From the NCBI GenBank assembly GCA_013115125.1, contig JABANN010000383.1, forward strand, positions 1 through 33,761: a stretch of 33,761 nucleotides of DNA, read 5' to 3'. The notes beneath the pieces were generated by a model that saw only the letters and a list, made by a program, of their open reading frames with translations, had not been told where the DNA came from and searched no databases. Position numbers and translations under genes: made by a program. This stretch comes from Perkinsus olseni. Taxonomy: Eukaryota. Each line of letters starts with the position of its first letter. Position 1 is the first letter of the stretch. This document shows, in pieces, positions 1-10,156 of this stretch.

Positions 1-1015
1 TTCGCCAGAAATGAACCGTTTACTCATTCTTCAGGTATGGGCCTTGCTGCATACCACCCTTCGAAACTTACTGACACCTCTCGAAGTCGTGGATCACGAC
101 TCTTCTCCTAGCGCCCTCGCCCTGTTTGTGTGTGCTTGAGATGTTCGACGAGCGGCTGCGTCAACAATCGACACAGTCTGTAACAGCTACGGGGGGGGAG
201 GTAGCCCGCCCTGTACTCGTAATCCGATCGCGTTAGGGCAAACTTATCTCAATGGACTATCGGATAATCACTATCTCGCACTTCAATCTTAGCGATTTCC
301 CCACACATGGAGTTTGAACGACTCTTGTCCAACTGAGAGCGATTAAACTCTCACTTAGTAGCCACGGGCACCCAAAATTGTCATCGGTAACTCATATGGG
401 TCTCTTAGACAAGTTATGGTTCCGTGATGTGGAGCCGTAACGGCGCAGCCGTTGCACGCATGACCCGATGGGGAGAGTGGACATTCAACGCAATATGTTC
501 TCACAAAGTAAGCTGAAGATCCCAACCCCAATGGGACTGCTCGACGATCTGGAGTACGAATGCACCAACGGCGTAGGTACCACCATTGAGTATGACGGGG
601 GTTCATACCAAGCCAGCGCGTTTCGGGGAACGCACGCATGCTCATACGCATGTCCAAACGCATGCCCAACGCTAGAGAACGCATGACTGCGCAGGATCCG
701 TAATCGCTTATAACTCCATAGCCATAGCGCTAATAGCTAGCTCAGGGTAATGAACCGAACCGGTAACTCCTCCCATACCTACTCTCCAAATTTCAGCCTC
801 ATACCTGCTGCGCACTAAAAATAAAGTAAATAATACCAAAAATCACGATTTGCTTCAACTGGTCTACGGGTCTTGCGGGGTCCGTGGGGTAACTTTCGCG
901 CTCGCCCGGGGGCCCCAACCCCCGGAGCGCGAAAGGGCGCCTTCGGCGTGCAATCAAGCTTTTGGCAAAGCAAGTTCGCGCCTGCACCTAGACCGCAAAG
1001 TCAGCGAACAGGCAA

Positions 1016-1355
1016 TGTTGCGTACGTGTATTGCCTCCCAACCAAAGGCTTCCTCAAGGCGCAGAAATCCCTTAACTTGTGCGTGCCCCAGGGTAAGGGG
1101 TATAGCTCAGCGCAACTACAATTAATGGTGCAAGAATAGCCATTCTCAGCCTCTCACACCGAAATTCCATGACACAAAAGTAAGTAAGTTAGTGAATAAG
1201 GAAACTAGGCACACTGGTAACCTCAGAGTGACTTAGCCTAGATAGACACAATGTCTAACTACAGCCTGCAACAGAGGGCGAGTTTGTACGCGTGTACAGA
1301 GCGGGACAGTCTCCATTTAACCCACTGATGGAGCCTTGAAACTGTCATAATGACA
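1016..1355 (-). mobile_element. Solo/remnant LTR, same family as the LTR at 5439-5796
   Basis: On the minus strand it begins TGTCA and ends CAACA. Long blocks are reverse complements of 5556-5796 (e.g. cattctcagcctctcacacc vs ggtgtgagaggctgagaatg; ctcagagtgacttagcct vs aggctaagtcactctgag). No PBS follows it and no target-site duplication was seen. Confidence 0.65.
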
Positions 1356-1866
1356 GTGTCATTGTAGCATGAGTGAGCAACAGGAATCGCTTAAGGGATT
1401 TAATGTGAGAGTAGTTCGTATGGGCCTCTGAGATGCCTTCGTTGGCCGAATGTCTAGGAACTGAACAATATCTGAACGATATTTGGTAGAAGATCGGTAG
1501 AAGATTCCGCAGAGACGCTGGCGCTTGACACGCTGCGTGTCACTGGGCAGTGACCGCCGGTACTCAGAGAGGTGGCGACTAAACACTTCAGCGTCAGTTA
1601 TGTAGTACGTCAATGGGCCGCCATCCGCTGTCCCCCACTGTTATGGTGCGCCATGCGGCTGGCGCTCGCTGCCAATACTTGATCCCTTCTCGTGACTTCC
1701 CGTTCATGTACGACGAGTGCGGCAAATTCGCCCTGAGAATCTGAAATTCTCGGGGAAATTCTGAATTTCCCGTCTACCACGGGCTCTCCGCGAGTGAGAT
1801 TCCTCTGTTTGTTCATCCCTGTACGGACTCATGTAGGTTGAGTCATTCGACGTTTGCTTCCCTGTC

Positions 1867-4112
1867 ATGTCAAGGAACATCGACGTTCTCCTCAACATCG
1901 TCGGCAAGGTTGTATCAGCGGTCCGCTCTCGACCTGCCACCGGCCTTCTCACAGCTGTAGCGGTATTATCTCTCTATCAACTCACGAAGCACCGCAAGCG
2001 TAAAGCACCATCACTTTGTGCCACATTCGGCGGGCCTACAAGGGTAACCCTTGCTTATTTCGTTATGCGATCTGAATTCAGTGCCGCTGGCGCAGGACGT
2101 GTTCTTAGTTCTGCGGCACCCTGCTTGGATTCGTTCCGGAGTCAACACAGCGTAGTATTTCCACTCTAGAAATATTGGCCGACACCTACGGGGATACCTA
2201 CGCGATGAGGTAGTCCCTATTCACTGAGGGTTGATGTGGATTATTATTATCACCTCATTTGGAGTTCGCGATTCTTAGTTCTCTGTTTCAGAATGATCGG
2301 TCAAGACTGTCTTATTCTCACAGATGCGAAGTTGATTAGGGAAGTTCTCAGGAAGCGGCCTAATAGTTTCGTTAGGGCCTTCAATAAAGACAAATTATTG
2401 AGCTTCTCCGGTGTGCTGGCTACTGAAGGAGAGGAGTGGAAGCGACACAGGCGACTGGGGGCACCGGCTTTCAACGCAGCCAATGCAGCAACAATGGTTC
2501 CTGGAGACGCACTCGTCGCCAAGAGATTTGTAAGTTCACCCCGGGAGAAACGCATCCGTGACAATTCTGTAACCAATGGTTACTAATCATCAGGTACGAC
2601 AACTGCAGAAATCAGTCCGCCAGAATGACAATCGGATTGTCTGGGAGCCTAGGAAATTGTTCCTACCGGTTGTATTTGACTGCTTATGCATTTGTGTATT
2701 TGGAAAGGACTTTCGGCTTGTGAACCCCGACGGTGAGGACTTCACGTGGATTTGTCGCCCTCGGCTCCTTTTCGTGTTTGAGGCTGTTTGATTTTCCTTA
2801 TTTCAGACTTACCGATTCCTGATGGATCTCAAGGAATCACAGAAGCGATAGAGGACCTCACGAGCGGTGCGGATCATATCCTTACTCGTGTTGTCCACCC
2901 GGTCATGGCCCGAGATCGCTTCCCGTGGAATTTGCACCCGATGATAAAGAAAGTAGGAGTGGAAGTCTGCCGCGGTCGTCTCAATCCCACCTACTGTAGT
3001 TCCACTCTGGCCTCAAGCGCTTGAGCAAATTCGGTGAAGATCTTGCCACAGAGAGGAGGGCCGAGAAAGAATCAACAAGCCGAGTGGATCTCCTCAGCAA
3101 GCTTCTTCATTTGAACAAGGAGGATCTTCACGGGAATCTCGTGACGTAAGCTCTCAGCGGAAGTTCTGCTGCGAGACCGGTAGATTAAGCTTGACATCCG
3201 TTGTTGCAGATTTTTTGTCGCTGGTAGTGACACGACAGCTGTGAGCATGTCCTGGTGTCTCTACTACCTCTGTGTTTACCCTGATCTACAAACAAGAGCT
3301 CGAGTAGAAGTGGACTTACTCGGCCACGATCCGGAGACAAGCGAGGATCTTGACAACTTACCTTTCATTCAAAGCTGTCTCATAGAGTCCATAAGAGTAG
3401 TCAGTTATCTACAACTTTCTGCCGTGTCCTTGATCTACGATCAGCTACAACCTGCTTTCGTCGCGCTCGGGCACGAAGCCATAACTGAGGTGTCCGTCGG
3501 TGGGAAGAGAGTAGCACCGGGAACTAAGGTTGTCACTTTGCTGCGCAAGCATTTGCGGAGTAGCGCTGACGGAGGTAGCCTGTTCAAGTAAGTCTGTTGG
3601 CAGTTGCGGTCTAAAACGATCGACGAATTTCCACGAGTATTCTCCCGAGCTCATGATGGTTGAGGTCGATATGCGCTTGGATTCGAGACGCTGAATCTTA
3701 ATAATCGACGATTACTAATCGTGGTTCATATGCGACAGCCAATCTATGGGTCCACAGGCCCTACCTCTCGGCTCCCGTTGGGACAATTATTGAACGAAGT
3801 GACTTCGTCGAACTCTGGATCGAAGTTGCCTCTTCTCCTGCATGCTGGTTTCTTAGGCCCGATCGATGGCTCAGCCCTAACGGCTCCGTAGATCGAGCTC
3901 GTGTTCGAGACCTTTTAGCATTTGGCGCAGGTCCCAGGCAGTGCCCCGGAGTTGACACGAGTGTCACGACAGGCATTGTTCTGTTGGCCACGATACTGCG
4001 ACATTTCGAGGACATGAAGCACGAATCCAATATATCTGAAGTCACAAGAGAAACTACTGTCACTTCCTCGCCAGGAAATTTTGAAATTTCGATGTCTTCT
4101 AGGCAGATTTGA
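1867..4112 (+). CDS. Cytochrome P450, about 9 exons, apparently intact
   Basis: The spliced translation has an N-terminal hydrophobic anchor, C-helix WKRHR, I-helix AGSDTT, K-helix ESIR, PDRW and heme motif FGAGPRQCPG. All exons join in frame with GT-AG introns. Stop TGA at 4110-4112. Confidence 0.92.
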
Positions 4113-4515
4113 TCCTTGTCGTGCTGTTATTGTCGGAACAGTCCTCTCGGCTTCAAAGACACGACTTTATCTGGCGGTCGTTCGATATTGAAGTCTTAGT
4201 TTGTGGACTCCTACATCGTTTCGTAGCGTCTTGTCCTTTCGAAGATAGAATGCATTCTGCATTCTGTAATCCTCAAGTCGATCGATCTATCATTCCTACC
4301 ATGTAATCCGTTATAGAAAAACTAGATATGGATTTCTTCGTTGGGCTTCGATAGTGCTGATCGTTGACGTGAGAAGCCGCAAGCTGGGCAAGTCGTTCTC
4401 GGGAATGTTTTCCGATCGCGATAAGCTGTCATCATGCAACTCAGTCCGGCCGCTGGGCTATGGCCCGATTCTGTGGATTCCTGCTCCTGAAGAGTAGAGT
4501 GTTTTGTACCTCTCG

Positions 4516-4594
4516 AGTCGAGATTTCGATTCAGACTCCGAATCGAAATCGGACTCCGCTAAAAACTTCTCCGAATTTCGGAGAAGTTTTTAGC
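4516..4594. repeat. Two adjacent inverted repeats (11-bp arms, then perfect 18-bp arms with a 1-nt spacer)
   Basis: gatttcgattc-N7-gaatcgaaatc, then gctaaaaacttctccgaa-t-ttcggagaagtttttagc (4558-4594). Confidence 0.9.
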
Positions 4595-5799
4595 ATCGAA
4601 GTCGGATGATGTTGAGTGCAGTTGTGCCGGATATGAAGTTACGTCGTGAAACCTTCATGCAAAAAAACTCACATTTTTTCCCAGTTTGCGAGTTAAACTC
4701 ACTTGGCACTTGGCTTGAAGGCTAAAACTTCAAGCCTACTGGCAGCATTCAAGAATCCGCAGGACTTGCACTGCAAGTAACCACTGCGCAGTAGCTCAAA
4801 ACAACTGCCGGTTAAACTGGCCCAGTTGGCCGTACCACTTCCGAGCTCAGTATTGGAAACGCTGTGTTCTGAGAAAAACCGTTCTTTAGAACCTGACTGA
4901 CGAAAGAACTGATTCAGTTCAACTGAAGGATGCGGCGTCCCCGATGCTTGTCGGACGAGTCAGACTTGTCAAGCGGCTTGACAAGGCTCGACTCAAGTCT
5001 TTCACATAATGCAAAACTGTTTTGTCATAGCACCAGTATGTCGCTCGTTCACTGAACCATAACCCATGCCAACTTCCCTTGCTTCCACGGGGCGCCCTTA
5101 TTTCTGACTGAAGAATTCTTAAGCTTCAGTGGGAGCAACGAGGTTGAAGATTGAATTTTCAATCGCGTTGAGCGACTATAGATGCCATCTATTAGATGGC
5201 GCTAGGAGCTCGCTCCTCCTCACCTACCACTCAACCAACCTTGCGGTGGTGTTAACTAAGCCTGAGCACAAGAGTCAACACTTGTTCATACCAGACACAA
5301 ACCCTACAAGCCTTCCGTGCACGCGTGCCCACGGGTACGATACTTCACTGTGAAGTATCGAGGACCTCGATTGGAGGTGGCCGTTGAAGGACCGAAGGGA
5401 AGAACTAGTACATGTAGACAAATTTGAGTAATTTTCCATGTCACAGCAGTTTCTGGAGCCCTCAAACTCAATACTTGGGACTCAAAGTCATCAAAGGTGT
5501 GGTTGCTGGAGCTTCCAACTTGGAAGGTCGGGCTGCTGATATCACTGTCTCGGTTTTAGGCTGTAGTTAGGCCTTGTGTCTCTTCAGGCTAAGTCACTCT
5601 GAGTCCACCAGTGTGAGCCTAGCTTCCTTACTTACTATTAGGTGTGAGAGGCTGAGAATGGCTCTCCTTACACCATTGACTGTAGTTGCGCTGTCTCGCC
5701 ATTAGCTATGCTCTCTACACAGTTGCACGCATACGTTAAGAGGCTTTCTGCGCCTTGAAGAAGCCTTTGGTTGGGAGTCAGTACAGGCACGCAATATCT

Positions 5800-5817
5800 T
5801 GGTGCCCAGACCCAGGA
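5800..5817 (+). promoter_or_regulatory. Retrotransposon primer-binding site
   Basis: A TGG-initiated 18-mer just after the LTR end. Its complement TCCTGGGTCTGGGCACCA looks like a tRNA 3' end with CCA. The primer isotype was not determined. Confidence 0.7.
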
Positions 5818-5880
5818 ACGACTCCCGGTAGTTCGACATTGTGTTCAACGACTTTGGTCTCGTTAACTGTGTTGTGATTC

Positions 5881-6204
5881 ATGGCAGAAGTTGAGGAGCA
5901 GTCGAAGACGGTTGCGCCGTGCCCAACCTTCTCGGGTGATGATGGAAATCAGCCGGGTTCTCAACTTGACCCCTCTCTTGGGTTTGAAAGGTGGCACTCA
6001 AAGTTCTGCACATACTTGCAGCTCAAGGGCATCACTGATCCGGGTCCACAAGCTCCTGAGGGAGAACGAAACCGATTTGAGGCTAAGCGTGTGGATCACT
6101 TGAAGAACTTCCTCCGAGGGAGTGCATCCAACTTGGTATATGGCTTAAGTCATGCTGATCAGGGGTCGTACAATCGTATTCTGGCAGCATTGTGTGAGGC
6201 CTAA
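5881..6204 (+). pseudogene. Truncated retrotransposon Gag N-terminus
   Basis: PTFSG...FERW...LKNFLRGSA...SYNRILAAL resembles the capsid N-terminal region of retrotransposon Gag. It lies just downstream of the PBS and stops at a junction with inverted LTR sequence. Confidence 0.7.
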
Positions 6205-6310
6205 CTACAGCCTATAACATCTCCGAGACCGCGTCTCGTAGGAGGAGGTCCAAAATGGCAACGAATGAGTAAGACTCGCTTAAGAGTCTCTCGAAACCGT
6301 CAAATCTCAC
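6197..6310 (-). mobile_element. Inverted partial LTR fragment
   Basis: 6197-6214 (aggcctaactacagccta) is the exact reverse complement of 5557-5574. ccgagac follows, with weaker similarity (gaaaccgtca vs gaaactgtca) to about 6310. Confidence 0.5.
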
Positions 6311-6653
6311 GACTATACGGGCTCCCAAGCAACGAAACGGCTGGCTGTCAGCCGGTTAGCCGCTTGGGGGCCATTCAACAGCCGCCGCTCTTGAATGTAG
6401 ACAGCGTGAAGCGCGCGCTATTGCCCGTGCGCTGTCCCGTCGCAGGACTTGTTTGTCACCCACCACATAGTCTTAATGCTGGCTTCGCGACCGGTACCGG
6501 TCTCAGGAGCAGAGATGTACGCATCAAATACATTATATGGCATTGGTCTCCACGGCACGAATTCCTGATTCTGGGAGCGGAATTCTGGTCTCATGTGGTT
6601 GGCGAAGGAGTCTGGTTTCTGAGCCATTCGTTCCGCGACATCCCTCTATGAAC

Positions 6654-9356
6654 ATGTCAACGATCGTCGATGGTTGCTTCTCCTTCGTGAACCGGATGAC
6701 AGCTTGGGTGCGTTCCCGATCGTCAACCGGCCTTCTGGCCTCGGGAGTCGCAGCAGGGGCCGCAATGTGCCTCTACAAAGTCATCAAGGGACGCAGGCGC
6801 CGATCTTCCCTACTGAAGGCGCTCGGCGGAACCAGCGGCGTGAGTATAGCTAGCGATTGTGCATCCGACTTCGACGTGATTATGTCATTCGAGATCTCAA
6901 GAAGAGGAGCTCGGTCGGGACTCTCGCAAGAGAGTGCTGGTTGTTCTCGGAACTACTGTTTTCAGTTCACCCCCTACGGTAGGGGGTAGGGGGAGGGGCC
7001 CTACCTCGGATTCGTTCCAACATCGGCTGAGCACCTCTTCTATGCCCTAGATATCTTGGCTGACACGTACGGTGATATCTACGCGATCAAGTAATTCAGG
7101 TGTATTCCGTTCCAATGTGCAGCCTCACTGGTTGCCGACAACTTTACCTCAGACTTATGGGCCGAGAATCAGTCGCCTCATTCTTACATAAGGTCTTTCA
7201 ACAAAGATGAGATACTGCCCATCTCTGGTATCCTGACCTCGGCGGGAGAAGAGTGGAAACGCAACAGGAGGCTGAGCGCGCCGGCGTTTAACGAGCACAA
7301 CTCCGCAGGGATGGTTCAAGCAATGGCCGTCATGGCTAAAAGATTGGTGGGCTCTCAATGGTCGTCATATCCTAACAGCTAAGTCGCAGGTGCGGCAACT
7401 GCGGAAATTAGGCCGCCAGGGCGATGGTCGTATTGTTTGGGAACCCAGAGAATGGCTTACTCCATGTACTCTCGACTCCTTATGTCTCACTACATTCGGA
7501 ATGGATTTCTATTTCCTGAACCCTGATGGTGAGGATCGATTATGGAAACGTGGGAGTGTATGCTTGTGGATGCTTTGTTCAAACCTCGAACTTGTTGGTG
7601 CAGCCTTGCGGAGGCGCTCTCCTCAGGCGTCACGATAGCCGTCGGCACTAAGGAGATTGCTGAATCAATACGACACTTCCTGAAGGGCTCGACCTATGTA
7701 TTGGATCGCGTTATGTTCCCGTATATGACCCGCAATCGGTTCCCTTGGAATTTGAACCCGAGGATAAAGAAAGTGAGCCGCAATCAGCGAATCGACAGCC
7801 GCCGTCATTTTCCTCCATCCAGTTCTACTCGAGCATCGAGCGTTTGAAGAAGTTCGCTAACGACCTCGCTGTGCAAAGGAGGGAAGGGGGAGAATTGGGT
7901 CGAGCAGATCTCCTCGACAAGCTGCTCCAACTGGAGAAGAACGATCTCGAAGGGAATCTAGTGACGTAAAACGGTGTGTTTGTTAGAGCGCGGGTAACGC
8001 CTACTTAGTAGGGTGGTGTTCCGGAAGCTCTCGAATGGGATTGCGGGAATTCAGTTTTAGGACGGTCGCATCCCGCTTGTGGCCTTCGGACGTTCCGATC
8101 TCGAATAACGGGCTATAGTCGAGGGGACGAGCCATGCTCTTGAACTGACGGGCGTGTTCCCCAATTGTGTTGTAAACTGGTAGACTGGCTTACCAGTCAA
8201 TCAGTCCGATTCCCATCAAGGACAGTGCAAGGAAAGGTTCCCCGCGAAGGTTCCAGCTCTTCCATTGTCGCTAGTTTTTTCGATGACCTCGTAGAATCTC
8301 TGGATACGGTATCGTCAATACTCGTGCGAGAGGTGGGGATCGAGCTGTTTCGTAGGTTCATCATAGCCGGTAGTGAAACCACGTCCGTGAGCCTCTCCTG
8401 GTGCCTCTACTACTATCTCTCTATCCTGAAGCGCAAGCGAGAGCTCGAGCAGAGGTGGATAGCCTTGGTCGCGACCCGGAGACCAACGACGATCTCGAAG
8501 AACTGCCCTTCGTGGAAAGCTGCTTTCTCGAAGCGCTGCGCGTAGTGCGCTGCTCATTATCGCGTGGCCTCTGCTAGCCCAGTGATCAGATAATACAACC
8601 TCCGGTTACATTGCTTGCTCACATAACTACTGTCGAGGTCTCAGTGCATGGATACAAGCTGCCGGCAGGAACTCCGATTCTCGCTTCGACGCGCAAACAC
8701 ATGCGGAGCAACGCCGAGGGCGGCACCTTCTTCAAGTGAGTTGACCGAGAGCGTCACGCTGACACACCTTCAAGGATAGCGGAATGCCCATCCCGGTATG
8801 GGAGTCTGAGCCCCCTTGGGGCACAGACTAGAGTACAGACAGATTAGTAGTGGGGCACTTACAATTCTTGAACTGCCAATGCCGGATTGAAATGCTCCTT
8901 AAGGCGATGAACTCGTCGATATGATATCGACGATATCATGCCTGGCCGAAGTTCGTCCGCATACACAAGCGGGCCTGTCCGTATTGCTTTGACGACTTGT
9001 CTGTATAAGGAATTGTTCGCCCGTTGTTGTTTATCTCCGGCGTGTTCATCTTCCGCTACCTATCAGTCTCTTCTGAACCTATGAGGCGTCATCCTCTCAG
9101 GCCCGAGCGCTGGCTCAGCCCTGACGGCTCTGTGAACCAAGCGCGTGCTCGAGATCACATGGCCTTTGGTGGTGGTCCCCGACAATGTCTCGGTTCGAAG
9201 ATGGCTATCAAAGAAGGAACTCTTATCTTGGCAATGATTGTCCGTCATTTCGAAAATATTAAGCTGACTTGTGCAGCATCGGACGTCGAGATCAAAGCCA
9301 GGTTGACTCTTGGTCCAGCTAAGTTAGAGGTCTCGATGACCCAAAGGCAGACTTGA
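6654..9356 (+). pseudogene. Cytochrome P450 paralog, probably pseudogenized by two frameshifts
   Basis: Same exon layout as 1867-4112, with AGSETT, EALR, PERW and FGGGPRQCLG. Relative to the paralog there is a 44-nt deletion near 7167-7174 and a 1-nt deletion near 8414. Confidence 0.8.
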
Positions 9357-9723
9357 ACTTTGTTAACATCATGGAAGGCTAGAGTCCAGCAGTCCAGAGG
9401 CGATTCCCTTCTCCAGCTCGCCGAACTTCGGAGGATCTAGTCTTCACAGCACTTTGCTGTCGTTGTTGTTGAACGACAGCAGAATCCTTTTCAGAGCAAA
9501 TAAGATATGACTTAACCTTGGCCGTTCCGGCTTCGTCGTCAAAATCGACGATACCTTGAAAATGCTTTCCATTTGAAACTACACGGTGCTTAGTTCAGTT
9601 CCACTGAGCTCCATGACTAGCAGACTATGAGCCTGAGAGCATTTGATTCACTGCTTATGATACCTTACACTAGGTGGTTGGAAATATCTCAGCTCTCGCT
9701 GGGTAGAATATGACAACTTCGGA

Positions 9724-9978
9724 ATTACTCATGTCCGACTATCTATCACCCATCATTACTCATGTCCGACTATCTATCACCCATCATTACTCATGTANNN
9801 NNNNNNNNNNNNNNNNNNNNNNNNNNNNNNNNNNNNNNNNNNNNNNNNNNNNNNNNNNNNNNNNNNNNNNNNNNNNNNNNNNNNNNNNNNNNNNNTGACT
9901 ATCTATCACCCATCATTACTCATGTCCGACTATCTATCACCCATCATTACTCATGTCCGACTATCTATCTCTCACCAT
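9724..9978. repeat. 31-bp minisatellite spanning an assembly gap
   Basis: The unit attactcatgtccgactatctatcacccatc repeats on both sides of the N run at 9798-9895. True copy number is unknown. Confidence 0.92.
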
Positions 9979-10156
9979 CGTCTCAGTGTGATGTAATGCG
10001 ATAATCTTTTGAGAGGTGGTCGCAAGACGACTACGAACATTTCTTGCATTTCGTGCATTTGTGCAAAATATGTCCGCTCGACTCCTCCGCCGAACCCAAT
10101 TGGTGAGCAGCCACTGACATCACTCTATCAGCTTTACTTGTTTCTTTTCTCTGGGC

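Larger units (their letters stand above)
5439..6204 (+). mobile_element. Truncated LTR retrotransposon (probably Ty3/gypsy-like): 5' LTR, PBS and start of gag
   Basis: LTR 5439-5796 (TGTCA...GCAATA) is homologous to 1016-1355. It is followed 3 nt later by TGGTGCCCAGACCCAGGA and then a gag-like ORF. No pol is present. Confidence 0.75.

Noticed and set aside
1-800. Possible 3' end of a spliced plus-strand gene (ORF 468-686)
   Set aside because: Splice-like signals exist, but I could not build a consistent frame or recognise a domain.
1097-1110. GGGGTATAGCTCAG resembling a tRNA 5' half (possible split-tRNA partner)
   Set aside because: It lies inside the LTR, is not conserved in the other LTR copy, has no complete D arm, and does not pair with the intronic 3' halves.
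9724-9978. 31-bp repeats as a CRISPR array
   Set aside because: The units are contiguous with no spacers, the context is eukaryotic, and there are no cas genes.
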